Shown piece after piece: positions 36,750 through 49,279 of a stretch of DNA of 64,000 nt. The stretch is from Camelus ferus (lineage: Eukaryota): positions 9,364,001 to 9,428,000 of the forward strand of contig NC_045697.1 of assembly GCF_009834535.1 (NCBI RefSeq), in the 5' to 3' direction. The position numbers and the translations under genes were made by a program. Within the stretch, counting starts at the first letter, position 1, and every line of letters starts with the position of its first letter. The notes beneath the pieces were generated by a model that made no database searches, had not been told where the DNA came from, and worked only from the letters and a program-made list of their open reading frames with translations.

Positions 36750-37960
36750 GTAACAAACATTTTTGAGATCTTACTATAGGCCATGTACCAAAATAGATGT
36801 TGAGTGAGCAAAATGGTCCTTGCCCTCATGAAATCAGCATGCAAAACATGAGATGACTGTACAAGCAAGCATAGCATTTCGCCTGGCCAAAATGATACAT
36901 GAAGGAAGAGTGGTACAAGTTGGCCTCAGCAGGAGACCAGAAAAAGCTTCCTACGAGAGTGATGGTCTGAGCTGAAATCTGAAAGATAATTCTATTTATG
37001 GAAGATAAAAAGGAAGAAAGAGAGGTTGAAGAGGACAAGTGCTTTATGCCAGGGGATAGCAAGGCATGTAGAGGAAACCGAAAGAATGCCAATGTTCTTG
37101 GGGCTCACAGATCAAAGAGAAGATGGAGGAAGACGAGCTTGAGGAGGTAGGCATAGCCTCATGAGTCACAGAAAGGAGTTCTGCCTTTGTCTTCTGAATT
37201 ATGAGAAATGCCTGAAAATCCTTAACTGGATATATCGGGAATGTGAGCAGATATGTTTTTAAAAGGCTTCAGATGGGTTTCTAGAGATGGATGGATGGTG
37301 GTAAACCAGCTAGAATGCCACTGCTAAATAGATGGAAGTTAATTAGGACTAGTGGGATTATTTGTGCAATATTTAGGAGGACCGTATTTGATGATGGATT
37401 ATGTATAAGAGAGAGAAGGCTGTATCAGGATGATTCCTAGATTCTTGGCTTTCTTAACTCAATTGATGGCTTAGTTTTATAGTGAAATAAAGAATGGTAA
37501 AATAGATCCAAGTTTATTGCAGAATAATGAAGTAATTCATTTTGGACTGTAGGATTGAAGTACATTTAACAAATACAAGAATACATGTCAAGTAAACATT
37601 TAGATATAATGCTCATGATTTGAAAAGATAGTCATGGGCTTTGAAATTTATATTAGAGAGTTGCCTGAGTATAGCTAAAGCCAAGGAGATGGATAGGATC
37701 TAAGTCTGCTATGGGAGTTACAGCGAGCAAAAGATTGTGCCTGAAACTGAATATTGAGAAACTATTGGTGACATAGAAGAAGAAAAACAAAGCGAGAAGG
37801 CAGAGAGGGAATACAAAAAGCAGTATCCGACCTCTAATAACATCATAGAGGGTAAGAACTGAGAAGGTTTTATATAAAAGGTACAGCTGACAGGGTTAAA
37901 TGATGTTGAGAGGTTAGGTAAGAGAAAGACACTAAAGTATCACCATTGTATTTCTTGAAA
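36750..37960 (-). mobile_element. L2 element (about 1.2 kb)
   Basis: Starts 'aacaaacatttttgagatcttactataggcc' (reverse of the L2 3' end); continues 'caggatgattcctagattcttggc' and 'aaatgatgttgagaggttaggtaag'. Confidence 0.8.
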
Positions 37961-38839
37961 GCAACTAATAATAGATTATATTTGGAGAGACAAGGACTGA
38001 AATCAGTAGAGATTTTATTAGATCACCTTCTATATTAAACTCCACTTCCATCACATACACACTAGAAATGACCATCCATGCATCAAACCATGTAGACAGT
38101 CCCTGGCAGTAGGGTTATAAAACCAATATTTCAGATTAAAGATCAATCACAATTTTCCCTGGAGCAATATTACATTTCTCTTACACTAAAATAATCACTG
38201 GGCCCCCAAAATTTGTTGAATGACTCAATGAATCACTGAAAGAAAGAGAAGAGGGCATATATAGTTCAGTACCCATGGTCAGGAATGACATGATAATTCC
38301 ACTCCAGAGAAAACCAGAAGTCCACGGGTCCCCATCTGCCTCCTCAGGCCCCACCCAAGCTCAGCTCCCCACTTGCTGGCAGACAGAAAAGCACTTGTGT
38401 ATTTTCACTCATTTTTTCCCACCAAAGTGGCAATAACAAAAACTATTTTTTTCCTTCTGTTTGTTTTATCTGTCTTTTTTCTTCTTAACTCTGAATCTTA
38501 TTTGTTTTTCTCTAATGCTTGCTAATAATCTCTCCTTTCTTTGGTTCAACCTATAAAACTCATTTAATCCTCATATGAGGCATTATCACTAGCAAAACTT
38601 GATCAGTACCAGACCCTGTGAACTAAGAAGCTGATCTGAATTTGAATTCTTATCTCCCAAATATCACTAATTATAATGTAAATATATTCTCCAAGGTGGT
38701 ACCACATAAAACTTCCACATACTTCAAGTTTCCATTTCTCCAACTTTCAGATCACAGTGTTATTATTGTGAATATATCCTCAGAAGCTGTGATTAAAAGA
38801 GAAGGAGGGAAACCTTGGTGGTTTTGAATATCAGAGAAA

Positions 38840-39720
38840 GCTGAACACTGAAAGAAAACAGTAAGCAGAGTAAATAATAAAGCACAATGTGAAGAGATCT
38901 GTGTGAGACACAAAGGTGACAATAAAACCCAATATAAAATTAAATTCTACTTTGGATGTAATAATTAACAGAACCAGTATTGCATAATGCCAGATTAATG
39001 TACAGTAAAAGCTGAAAATGATCTCCCAGAATAAAACAAATAAACAAAGGCATAAAAATTATGGTTAAGAAAATTAGAAGTTTGGAGAAGAGAGGACCTG
39101 ACCAAAAAAATAATGTGGAATTTTGGAAGAGGCCTTAACATCAATAAGAAATTAAAGTTTCCTATAAGAAGGAATATCTGAAAATAGAAAGCAGAAAGTT
39201 CATTACATTCTAAGAAAATACAATAATAGTGTCACTTTCTGATCACTTAAAAAGTAATTTAAAAAATTAAGAAAAATTACATAACCCTCCAGGGCAGATA
39301 AGTGTAGGTTACTTCCAGAGGAATAAAATCAATGTCTCAGACCTCCTGTTTAAAAGTACAGAAGTCAACAGAGAAACATCTGGTGAATTTTTAGGGAAAA
39401 TGGCCATGACCCAAGAATCCTTTATCTTAACAAGTAGTCTTTTATGAGAGAAGCACAGAAAATCAATCTCCTATACGAAGGGACTAAAATATTGCTTCTG
39501 GCCCATTTTTGGGAAAAGAAACAAACAAGCAAACATTTTAACAGTACTCTTACAACCAATACAGGAAACACAATTACTAAACCAAGATGGGGAAATTGTT
39601 GTGTGAAATAATTTCTGTTCACTTTTCTATCATAAAAATATTTTAAAAATTAGATATTTGCACATATATTTTCTTCCAAAAATGATGCTTTTGTAATAGC
39701 ATGAAAATAGGGAGAATCCA
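38840..39720 (+). mobile_element. Old HAL1/L1ME ORF1-like fragment
   Basis: A-rich; 'atctcccagaat...' and 'catgacccaagaatcctttatc' are ORF1-like. Confidence 0.55.
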
Positions 39721-39984
39721 TCATATCAGGGAAATTCACATGAACAGAACAGAACAGTCATTAAATATAATGTTTTGAAAGAGACTCTAATGACATGGGA
39801 ACAAGCATATGATGATATGACAGGAAAATATAAATGCATAGGATCTTAACAGGTATAAGCAGTTTGACTTGAACTATGGAAATAAAGAGGAGATAAGACA
39901 GAAAAAACCTGTCTCTGTGATACAGTTGAGAAATAGAACAAGGCCATGGTAGTTGGAGAATAGAAAGTAATGAAAAGTTCCAGT

Positions 39985-40140
39985 TAGAACCCTTGCACAC
40001 TGTTGGTATGAATGCAAAATGCTGCAGCCACTATGGAAAGCAGTATGAAGGTTCCTTAAAAATCAAAAATAGAACTGCCGTATAATCCAGAAATCCTATA
40101 TCTTGGTATATACCCCAAAGAATTGAAATCTGAATCTCTC
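39985..40140 (+). mobile_element. L1M ORF2 3' fragment
   Basis: 'gaacccttgcacactgttggtatgaatgcaaaatgctgcagccactatggaaagcagtatgaaggttcctt'. Confidence 0.88.
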
Positions 40141-40149
40141 AATACTTTC

Positions 40150-40703
40150 TTCTTTGTGTAAACATGTTACTCCTTTAAACAAGAATTTGGGTTTTATTCC
40201 CCTCCCCTTTAATCTAAGTTGGCCTTTATGACTTGTTTAACCAGTACAGTGTTAACAGAAGTGAAATTTGGGGACTAGATGAGGCTAGGCAAAGAACCCT
40301 GAAGTTTCTGCTTGGGACCCTTGAAACAGTCGTGTTGGTGTAAGCCATATGTCATAAAAGAAATTGAACTACCCTTAGACACTACCCTATTACACTGTGA
40401 GGAAATTTAAGCCAACCATGTGGGGAGTCTGTGTGCAGAAAGAGTGATTTCTGGTCATCACCAGCTAGTCCAGTCATCCCAGCTAAGACCCAAACATGTG
40501 AATGGAGAAGCCACTTTGGACTCCAAGAATAATAAATCATTTCTATGACTCAGCTGTTACATGACTATAATTTTATGAGGGACACAAAGCAGTAGCTGCT
40601 TAGCTAAGCCCAGTCAATCCACAGAACCATTAGAAGCAATAAATTGTTGTTTCAAGCCACTAAGTTTCAGAGCAGTGTGTTGTGCAGCAGTAGCTAACAG
40701 AAA
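40150..40703 (+). mobile_element. MLT1 (G/H-like) MaLR LTR
   Basis: Ends 'gcccagtcaatccacagaacc...aataaattgttgtttcaagccactaagtt...tgtgcagcagtagctaacagaa'. Confidence 0.82.
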
Positions 40704-41539
40704 AACAAAAGAGAAAGATCAAGATAAGAAAAATATAACCCCCTCAAAAAATCAGATGATTTGAAGACTAGAACTTAAAAACAACTATGATTAATATCCT
40801 CAAGAATATTAGGAAATGCATTGCAGCCAGGAAAGCAGAAAGAAATAGACAGTTAGAAAACTAGAGGAAAAAAAAAAAAAACTTGGGAAATTGAAAATAT
40901 AATTGTCAAAACAAAAAATTCAATAAAGAATTGAAAATTAGAAAGATTAAATTCATCTTCCTCAAATAATAAAAATAAAAAGAAATCTGAAATGAGAAAG
41001 AAGAAATCATAAGCATCACCCTTAAGATCCAACATATAACTGAAAGGAGTTGTAGGATGAGAAATTGCTGAAAAGGAAATTATGAAAGGAATAGCAGGTG
41101 GGAATCCATAAGAGCTGAGCAACATGGAATTTCACTTTAAAAAGGCCAACAAGAGGCTAAGTCTAATAAAGGGAAACAACAAATGACTCTCATTTGTAGC
41201 ATCACTATGAAATTTAAAAACACCAAGGATAAGAAGATCCTGAAAGTTACTGGAAAAAAGAAACATAATGGAAACAAACTTCGGATGAGCAAGAGTGGTG
41301 CTTAAACATACATAAAAGCAATGTCTCCAAAATTATCCTGAATTTTCTTGTGAAGTCTACATATTTTATTGAATTTAATACACAATTGACTTTAAGAAGC
41401 TTTATTATCCTCTACACCACTAAAAGGTGCAAAATAAAATTCACTGATAAAATTGTAAAGTTCCATTGTTTTATAAGCTATATATGGATTTCAGATATTG
41501 ACATATGAAAAGATGTAACTTAGAATTAATACAACCTGA

Positions 41540-41660
41540 TAGTCAAGAATTACCTCTGAAAACCACTTAAATTGCCTTCATAAAGATTTACACACAGTTT
41601 TGTATATTTTCCATGCAGGGTAATTCTTATGCGTTCTAATGTTTGAGAACCACAGAACTA
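41540..41660 (+). mobile_element. MER5A fragment
   Basis: Terminus 'ggtaattcttatgcgttctaatgtttgagaaccac'. Confidence 0.65.
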
Positions 41661-41699
41661 GAATAAATAGAAAAAAATAAATAAAAACAAAGTTTCTAA

Positions 41700-41800
41700 G
41701 CAGAGTTAGGTTCTTTTGAGCACAAGCTACCTGTTCTCTTTGTTTGGCATCCTACAAATAAACTATACCTACACTTCACCATCAAAAAAAAAAAAAAAAA
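41700..41800 (+). mobile_element. Polyadenylated ERV1-type LTR R-region fragment
   Basis: 'ttttgagcacaagctacctgttctctttgtttggcatcctacaAATAAA' at 41757-41762, then A17 at 41784-41800. Confidence 0.55.
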
Positions 41801-43709
41801 GATTTATTTTTAATACAATTATAGAGAATAGATCAGGAATTTTAAAGTCATTCTGCTTTCCTGCAAGATATATCCTATTCTGCTTTTAATGTTAGGTATA
41901 TATAAACTTACTGATATTAATATATTTGTTGTTGACTGGGTTAAGGAGTTGCATCCTGAAAGAATGATGAATATTGAGGTCTGAAGTTGACTCATGTGAA
42001 ATGTGAATTTGATGTGGCAGCTCATTATCCAACCAAACATTTATGTTTGAAGTTAGCAATAATTGAGATGCTTTTCAGACATGAAAGGACTCTAAAAATT
42101 GACCTCTTTTAAGAAACTTTTGCTAAAATACCTGAAAATATATTCTGGCAAAACCAAGAAGAATGTGAAATACAGTGGAATGCATCCAGGATGAGAGAGC
42201 TAGGGGAGAAAATCTTAAAAATACAGCTATGGAACAGAATTTGAGGGTAATTAGTAGTAATTAAATAGAAATAGTGAGGGGAGCCATGGGAGGCAGGCCC
42301 CTGGAAAAAGGAGAGATTTCAAAAAAATAGTTGAGATAACAAAAAATTTAATCAACAAAAAGCAATGTTAAAGGTCAAAGGTGAAGAAAAGAAATAGACC
42401 AAGGCAAGTCGCAACACAGAGTCAAATAAATACTCTAAGAAGAAAGAAAATAAACCATAGTTTATCAACTGTGTATTTGAATATTTACACAATCATAATT
42501 ATGTAAACTATTGTTAACATTTGGAATCAAGAAATAGACAAAGCAAGGAAGGTGGTTACAAAGTAAGATGTAGTGGTAACAATTTTGACATGGAAAAAAT
42601 AAAACTAAAGCTAATGAAACGGGAAGATGGAAGCAGACAGAGGGCTAAAGGAAAGGGACATTAACATTCTTATCATACAGATGAGGGGTCAAGATATACA
42701 TCCATATTTGCTGGGTAAGAAATGAAGAATAAGAATGAACTGCAAACGTGTTCATAAATTGACAAAGAAAGTCAACGGGCAAACAGAAAATTGGAAGAAG
42801 GGAGTGAGGGAAGTGGGGAAAGGGGTAAAAGACCTAGATCAACATCAATCACAGCAGAATATGCCTACAATTGGTAAATCAAGAGACAGTCATATAAAAA
42901 CAGTAACTAGCTTTGTACTTGTACAGGGTGTCCCTAGAGGTAAGGATGGGTCTGTAGGGAATTGCTGCATGCCATAAATCCTTTTATTTTTTTTGCCTTT
43001 ATTTTTAAACCATGTGCATGTGTATATATATATATATGAACATTTTTTAAAAATTAATCTCAGAATGCTGAGATAATTTAGACTCCATGGGAAGGGGGTA
43101 GCTCTCAGGGGATGAAGGCAATGTAGGAGGGTCTAAACAACTGCCCAGATCTCTTAGCTGAAGATCAAGGAAAATAGACTGTAGTTTTATGGACACCATC
43201 ACTTCATTCAAGCAGGTGACAGGTGGGAAGATACACAGAGAAGCAGAAATGAGAGACAGAGAACAGGAAATGAAAGATTTGTGATTTGAATCAAATGTAT
43301 GAGGCTTTGGGGTCATGTCAATCTTGGAGCACTCTTTCCTTGGAAATACCTCCAAGGCCTATGGGCATTTATGAGCCACAGAAAGAGAAATTTCAGGATC
43401 ATCAAAGGAGCTCTAGAGGGAGAAGAAAATCTCAAGACACTCTTTGGTGGGAGCATGCTGTGTCAGCCCTACATGTGAATCTCAGAGCTCCTAATCTCCC
43501 GGTGCCCCAGAGTCTGCTGATGGTGAAGACAGACCTTGGCCAGTATCTGTAACTGAGCAACAAAACACCACTGCTACATTTCAACAAGTCACTGTTGTAA
43601 ATATTTGCTTTGGTAAAGCCAGTATCTGCATCAGGTTCTACTGAAACCCTATCTGTGGTTCTGTCCACAGCAAACTCCTTTCATTGTCCCTTTAGTTTCT
43701 CTGATCCTT

Positions 43710-43825
43710 GGGGAAGAATAACTTCCCAGTATGCTCAGGATAGTCCCAGAGTTTTAGCACTGAAAGTCCCGTGTCCAGAGAAAACCCCTCAGTTTCAGGG
43801 ATATGAGGACAGTTGGCATCCACAG
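43710..43825 (+). mobile_element. MER81 (hAT-Blackjack)
   Basis: 'gttttagcactgaaagtcccgtgtccagagaaaacccctcagt...ggacagttgg'. Confidence 0.8.
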
Positions 43826-44569
43826 GAAGAACCCCAGGTAACACATTGTATGAGAAGTAATGCCACAGGGTGAACATTTCCACCTTGGGAGGTGTCTTTT
43901 GTTCCTTGTGATTTTATTTGACTCTCACAAGGCTGCACAGTGGACATGCTATGCCTTATATTCATCCCCATCTCGCATGTGGGTCAATTGAAGCCAAAGA
44001 GATTATCTGTGAATAACCATATAATCAGCAATTAGTTAATATAGTAATTTACTCAACATTTCTTGACTCCAGATCCTGTATGCTGTCCTATATATAAAGT
44101 TACTGTGTTGAAATCTGATCCCTCATTAATAATGGTGGTAATAATGTTTCATTATCTTATCATCTCATCAGTAGCTACCATTATTAGCTAAAGATAAGGA
44201 AATTGAGATGCAGAGAAATGAAGCAACCCATTTGGGAACACAGTGAATAAATAGTAGTCAGTACTGGAACTTATGTTCCTCTGATACTATGCCCTAAGTA
44301 CCTGAGCAGAAAAAAAATGTGCAGATCTCCTAATGTTCAGAAATTCCTACTATGGCTCCCCAAGAACACACCTACTTTTTCAGTTTTATTCCTCACTAGT
44401 TCCTTTTCACGGTTCCTATGTGCCAGCTGGTCTGGCACAGAGATGAACTGCTTTCTGATTCTACAATATGTCTACTGCTTTCCTGACTTAGGTCTTTGTC
44501 CTAATCCTTTTCATGCCTAGAATTTATTCACTTAGGTACTCATCGCAAGGTAGAGGAAAAGAAAACACA

Positions 44570-44765
44570 GCCCCTGCAGTCAGACCTGGGCTTAGTTCAC
44601 AGTCTACCTCCTAGCATGGGTGATCTCTGGCAAGTTTCCCAAGCTTCTCTGAGCCATCATTTCCTCATCTGTAAGTTGGAGACAGTAACAGGGAATCATG
44701 CTGGACAGTCTCAGAACTAGTGAGCACTTGCTCACAAACATCTAACACTGTGCGTGGCACCCGGT
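44570..44765 (+). mobile_element. MIR SINE
   Basis: 'gtcagacctggg...ggcaagtttcccaagcttctctgagccatcatttcctcatctgtaag'. Confidence 0.85.
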
Positions 44766-46269
44766 CTGCACTCCACTCCCGGGACTTGAGTATAAGCCGA
44801 GGAGACTGTAAGCCTTACTATTGTGTACTGAGGGGGTGGCTGACAGTTTCAAAGAACACTGTGTATTCCAGTGGACAAATCTGTATTTTGAATATAAATG
44901 TGTACTTGGTGAAAACGATGCATGCTTTTTGGCAGGAAGCCCTGCATCTCTCAGACAGTTATGCATGAAGCGTTGCAAATCTTTGGGCTTCATTATGTAC
45001 GGTTGTGCATTTTGCAGAGTGCGGCACTCTACAGACAGTGCATTCGAGGACATCTGAGGATTGCACGGAGCCACACGTCGTGACATGGACATCAGTGGAT
45101 TTGCTAGGCAGCCATGTGTTTTGTGAAGACTTGTTCATTTTGAACCCACCTGGGGCGATGTGCTTTAATATCACACTGCTTGTAAATACATCTTCAATTT
45201 CATGTTGGTTACTGGTTTGTCTCTTAAGCTCAGTTAATTTTCTTTTCTAGTCTAAAGCTGGGGCCAAAATTTTTAAGAATTATCATGAAAAATCCATGAT
45301 AATTCTTTTATTAATCCTTTATACTTCTGTCTGACCTCCATACATATAAATCTGTGCATGTATGTATAAATTTTTTTTTCTGGGAACATAGAGATTAAAG
45401 TGTTAAAAGATCTATTTTTAAAGTATTTTCCAGTTTAATTTAGTTTTCTCTATTTCCTACCAATTTCCCTTCCACAAAGATGCCATTGAAAGGAAAATCT
45501 ACAACAGAAAATATGAGACCATTAGATCTAAATTAAAATCTTAAAAAAAAGCAAAAATCAAATCTCTACAAATGAGAAGAAGGAATACAAGAATTGTGGA
45601 AAGACTGGAACATGCTCCTTTTCTTCCTGGCACACAGCTAGGCTACACTCTCTGACCTTCCATAGAGCTGGCTGTGGCCACATGGCTGAGTTTCATCCCA
45701 GGCCAGGAGCCACTCTGAACCACATACCTGAGCTGCATTAACTCTACAAATCTTCCCAGTTCACCTTTGGAATTGGTGTCAATCACAACTTGAAAATGGG
45801 GAATCTGAGTCTCCCCGAAATTAAATAATTTACAGATAAATTTACTCTCCAAGTCAGTACCCAAGGGAACAAGTAATTGTTCTCAATATTAACAGACTAC
45901 TGGATTATGGATGTAGATAATCAAAAGAATGCATAGACCATCTACTAAATGCTATTGGAAGGTATAGAAATGTTACCACAATGTCCCCACAGGCCATAAT
46001 AAACAATTAGAAGAGCAGCACCGTTTTCAAAAGCTACACAAACGATCAAGTGTCTAGAGATAAAGCTAACACAGCACATGTGATTTTGGGAGAAAAATTT
46101 AAAAACTTTATTGATGTAAATTTTAAAAAATAATTTGTTTTGGGCCAGTCTAAATCCAGTACACATTTTGGTGTAAGGGGGAAAACAAAGGATCGTAGCA
46201 GACACAGAGACAGACAGGCTGCAAGAAGGCAGATGTGTGGTCTCTGTTAAATTGCACGAAATTGATGAT

Positions 46270-46570
46270 CAGGGCAGTTATTAAAAAGTTCTCAGGCCTT
46301 TGGCACTCAGGAGGGACAAGGGGTGAGAACAAATTTAGGGGCACATGTAGGTAATATTGGATGTTGTTGCTACTTAGATTACTAGGGCCCTTTTCAGAAC
46401 AAAAGAGGCTAGTGGAAAGCTGTAAGCAGTTCATAAAAACCAGGCTTAGTGGTTTGGGGCCAGAACTGAGCCCCATGCCCATGATTCCCCCACAGTCAGG
46501 ACTCTTGCAATTTAATTGGCACATGGAACAGACATGAGGCCCCAACATCCCCCAGACTGGTAACCCGTGA
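46270..46570. mobile_element. Possible hAT-Tip100 type remnant
   Basis: 'cagggc...aggccttt' start and 'gggccc' motifs; weak similarity. Confidence 0.3.
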
Positions 46571-47189
46571 GGAGGCCTCTGAGTTTCCAGCCATACTCCA
46601 TTCTGGATTCAGAAGCTTTTCCTGGGGCACTGAGTTCACTTCTTAAATAAACCATAGAGACTCCCACAGAGAGAACAGAGGAGATAAATTGAAGCTGTGG
46701 AAAGAATGGCCAACAAAGGGACGGATCCTTGGTAGTCTCTCCTCTGCATCAGAAAAGGTAGTCCTCTGCCCCGCTGTGGCTTCTGTGAAGGTCTCTTCCA
46801 GCTCAGCTTCCCAGAGGCTAAGTTTGTATCTTGCTCCACGTGGGAAAACTCTTCCTTTTTGCAGAGAGAACATGTACACATAACCCCCTCGAGGTGAATT
46901 GCCTGGGCTCTTCTGAGGTCTGCAGGGTTGACACATGAACTCTCTGTGTTCAAAAGCATTTCCATCTAACGCGTTCAGAACAGGCTGCCCCAGGGAGTCC
47001 ATCTGCCTCTTTGGGTACCGCTGTCACCCAGGGCCCTCTTTAACGCCCTGGGCTCTGAGGAAGTGGCTTCAATATCCTGCTGTGGCCACAGTGACACACT
47101 CTCATCAAGAAAACTAAACTCTCCTCGTGAACTCTTTGGACTTTATCCTGATTTCCAAGAAAGAAATGCACCTGGCCCCATGGGTCTTG

Positions 47190-47560
47190 TTCTAGAGGCA
47201 GACAGCCCAGGATTCACCCCCTGGCTTTGCCCCTCACTGGCTGGATGGCAAAGGGGAAGCTGCCTAATTCCTGCAGCCTCTGTGTCTTCAATCTTCAAAA
47301 GGGAAGCATAGGTCTGATCTCAGACTCTTAGCAGGGTGACATGAGCTACTGTGTGTAAAATCATCACATCACACAACTTCATCCCCAATATTTAGAGTAT
47401 TTGCTCAGGTTTTTGGGTGTTTAATTCTGGATCCTTCAGTGTGCTGTTTCACCTCTCTGACCCTCAGTGTATTCGTCTAAATAAATAGGATTAATATCTA
47501 CCTCAGAGTGGTTAATGTGAAAATAAATTCAAATTGTGCTATATAAACTGTAAAGGACTG
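47190..47560 (+). mobile_element. Two MIR fragments
   Basis: 'ctagaggcagacagcccaggattcacccctggctttgcc' and 'cacctctctgaccctcagtgtattcgtctaaa'. Confidence 0.7.
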
Positions 47561-48289
47561 AAAAGTGAACACTGTTAGCAACAGCATTTGAGTACAGATT
47601 TATTTTTTGTATCCCTCCCTGATAACCTAGTCATCTTCTCAACCCACATGAAATAGTTTAAGAAAAAGCAAAGTCGCCCCATCCCCCATCTTGAGCTTCG
47701 CAGGGCAAGAGAGGTGGGGGGGAAACTGAGTTCTGGAGAGTCCCTTAAAACTTTTTAGAGAAAAATCTGGTGGTTTCCAATTTTCTTAGATGAAATACAG
47801 CAAGATCAGCCTTTAAAAAATTAAAACTTTTCCTCTTGCTTCTTCACAATGGTAAAGCTGTAATGAAACCTGACTAAATCACTTTGTAATTGGCAAAGCG
47901 ATAAATCAGTGAAAATGTTATTTTTCTGTATCATAGGATGACTATTGGATCTAGGAATGAATCAGTGTGTGTGGCATTGTTTTGTCTTTCCTTTACTGGC
48001 ATTCTTCTTTTTTACAAATTTACAGAGATAGAAACACTAAGGGTGAAGAAACATACAAAGTCGCATATGAATCCTGGATTAATAATTTGACCTTTGGATC
48101 AGATAAGAAAATCAACCCAGGATTGAAGCATCTCAGAAATGATTTTCAATATTCTAAGATGATAATTAGGAGACCTGAGGGTATTTTGGTAATAGCTAAA
48201 TGCCCCAAAGGACCAGTCAAGGATTATAGACAGTTCTGGTCTGTGCCTGGATTAAGAGGCACAAAATGACAATGGAAAGATGATGTCAT

Positions 48290-48500
48290 AATCATTCCGA
48301 ATATTTATGCAGCACTTAATAGCTTATAAATTCATCATATAATCTGAGCCTTCCAACAACCCTGGGGAGTTGATAGGGAAAATATTGATATTCTCTTTTT
48401 AAGCATAAGGAAACTGAAACACAGATAATTTTCATGACTTACTCAAGTATATACAGTCTAGAAAGTGATACAGTTGAGATTGAAATTAAGCTCTGTCTAA
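48290..48500 (-). mobile_element. MIR SINE
   Basis: 'ccttccaacaaccctgggg...taaggaaactgaaacacaga...tgacttactcaag'. Confidence 0.8.
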
Positions 48501-48737
48501 CTTGGAAGTCCTAGGGGGATATTATTACCAAGTTCTTCAATTTTGCAGAAAGGACATGAGCACAGGCCATCCCAAGGGGGAACTGCGTGAGTTATTCCAA
48601 AAAGGAGTCAATGTTGCAAAACAGAGTATAATGGTATCAATCTTAAAGACTCAACAAGAAGAGAACCAGACCAAAATGGTCACAATACCAGGTTAAATGA
48701 CTCAGGAATGATCAACACGCTGATCCAGCATAAAGCA

Positions 48738-48952
48738 TTTTATATACAGAATACCAACTACTGTATATAAAATAAACAACAAGTTTATACTCTATAACAC
48801 AGGAAACTATATTCAACATCTTGCAGTAACCTATGATGAAAAAGAATATGAAAATGAAATTATGTAGGTATATGTATGACTGAACTATTATGCTGTACAC
48901 CAGAAACTGACACAACATTGCAAACACTGTAAACTTTACTTCAATTAAAAAA
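48738..48952 (+). mobile_element. Artiodactyl/camelid-type L1 3' end
   Basis: 'ggaaactatattcaacatcttgcagtaacctatgatgaaaaagaatatgaaaa...tgctgtacaccagaaactgacacaacattg...acttcaattaaaaa'. Confidence 0.88.
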
Positions 48953-49029
48953 CATAGGAATATGTATCTTTAAATGGTCCAAATAAAATAATTATGGGGA
49001 AAAAATCAGTTAGGGACCAGAAAGCAAGT

Positions 49030-49195
49030 ATTTAATTGTTAAAGCATGGACTTTGCCAGAGGGCTGCAAAGGCTGGCTGGGGAGTTTACTGCGTGCATAT
49101 TATTTAACTCCTCTGGCAGCATGAGGATAATGACTCCTATCTCATCTGTAAAGTAAGGAAACTGGTTCTACCTCATGAAGTTACTGTGAGGATCA
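49030..49195 (+). mobile_element. MIR, split by a short L1 3' end
   Basis: 'ctcatctgtaaa...tacctcatgaagttactgtgaggat', resuming after about 49280. Confidence 0.7.
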
Positions 49196-49279
49196 TATAC
49201 AATGACTGGATCTCTTTGCTGCACACCTGAGACTAACACAATATGGTATACCAGCTATACTTCAGTTAAAAAAAGAAAG
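49196..49279 (+). mobile_element. Severely 5'-truncated L1 3' end
   Basis: 'aatgactggatctctttgctgcacacctgagactaacacaat...agctatacttcagttaaaaaaa'. Confidence 0.8.

Larger units (their letters stand above)
40710..43040 (+). mobile_element. HAL1 (Half-L1)-like element, interrupted at about 41340-42025
   Basis: 'aactatgattaatatcctcaag...cttgggaaattgaaaatata...aaaaattcaata' and, after the insert, 'ccaaccaaac...ttttcagacatgaaaggactctaaaaattgacctc'. Confidence 0.7.

Noticed and set aside
46150..47002. ORFs of 109-132 aa on the minus strand
   Set aside because: No recognisable domains; overlapping frames in GC-richer, partly repeat-derived DNA
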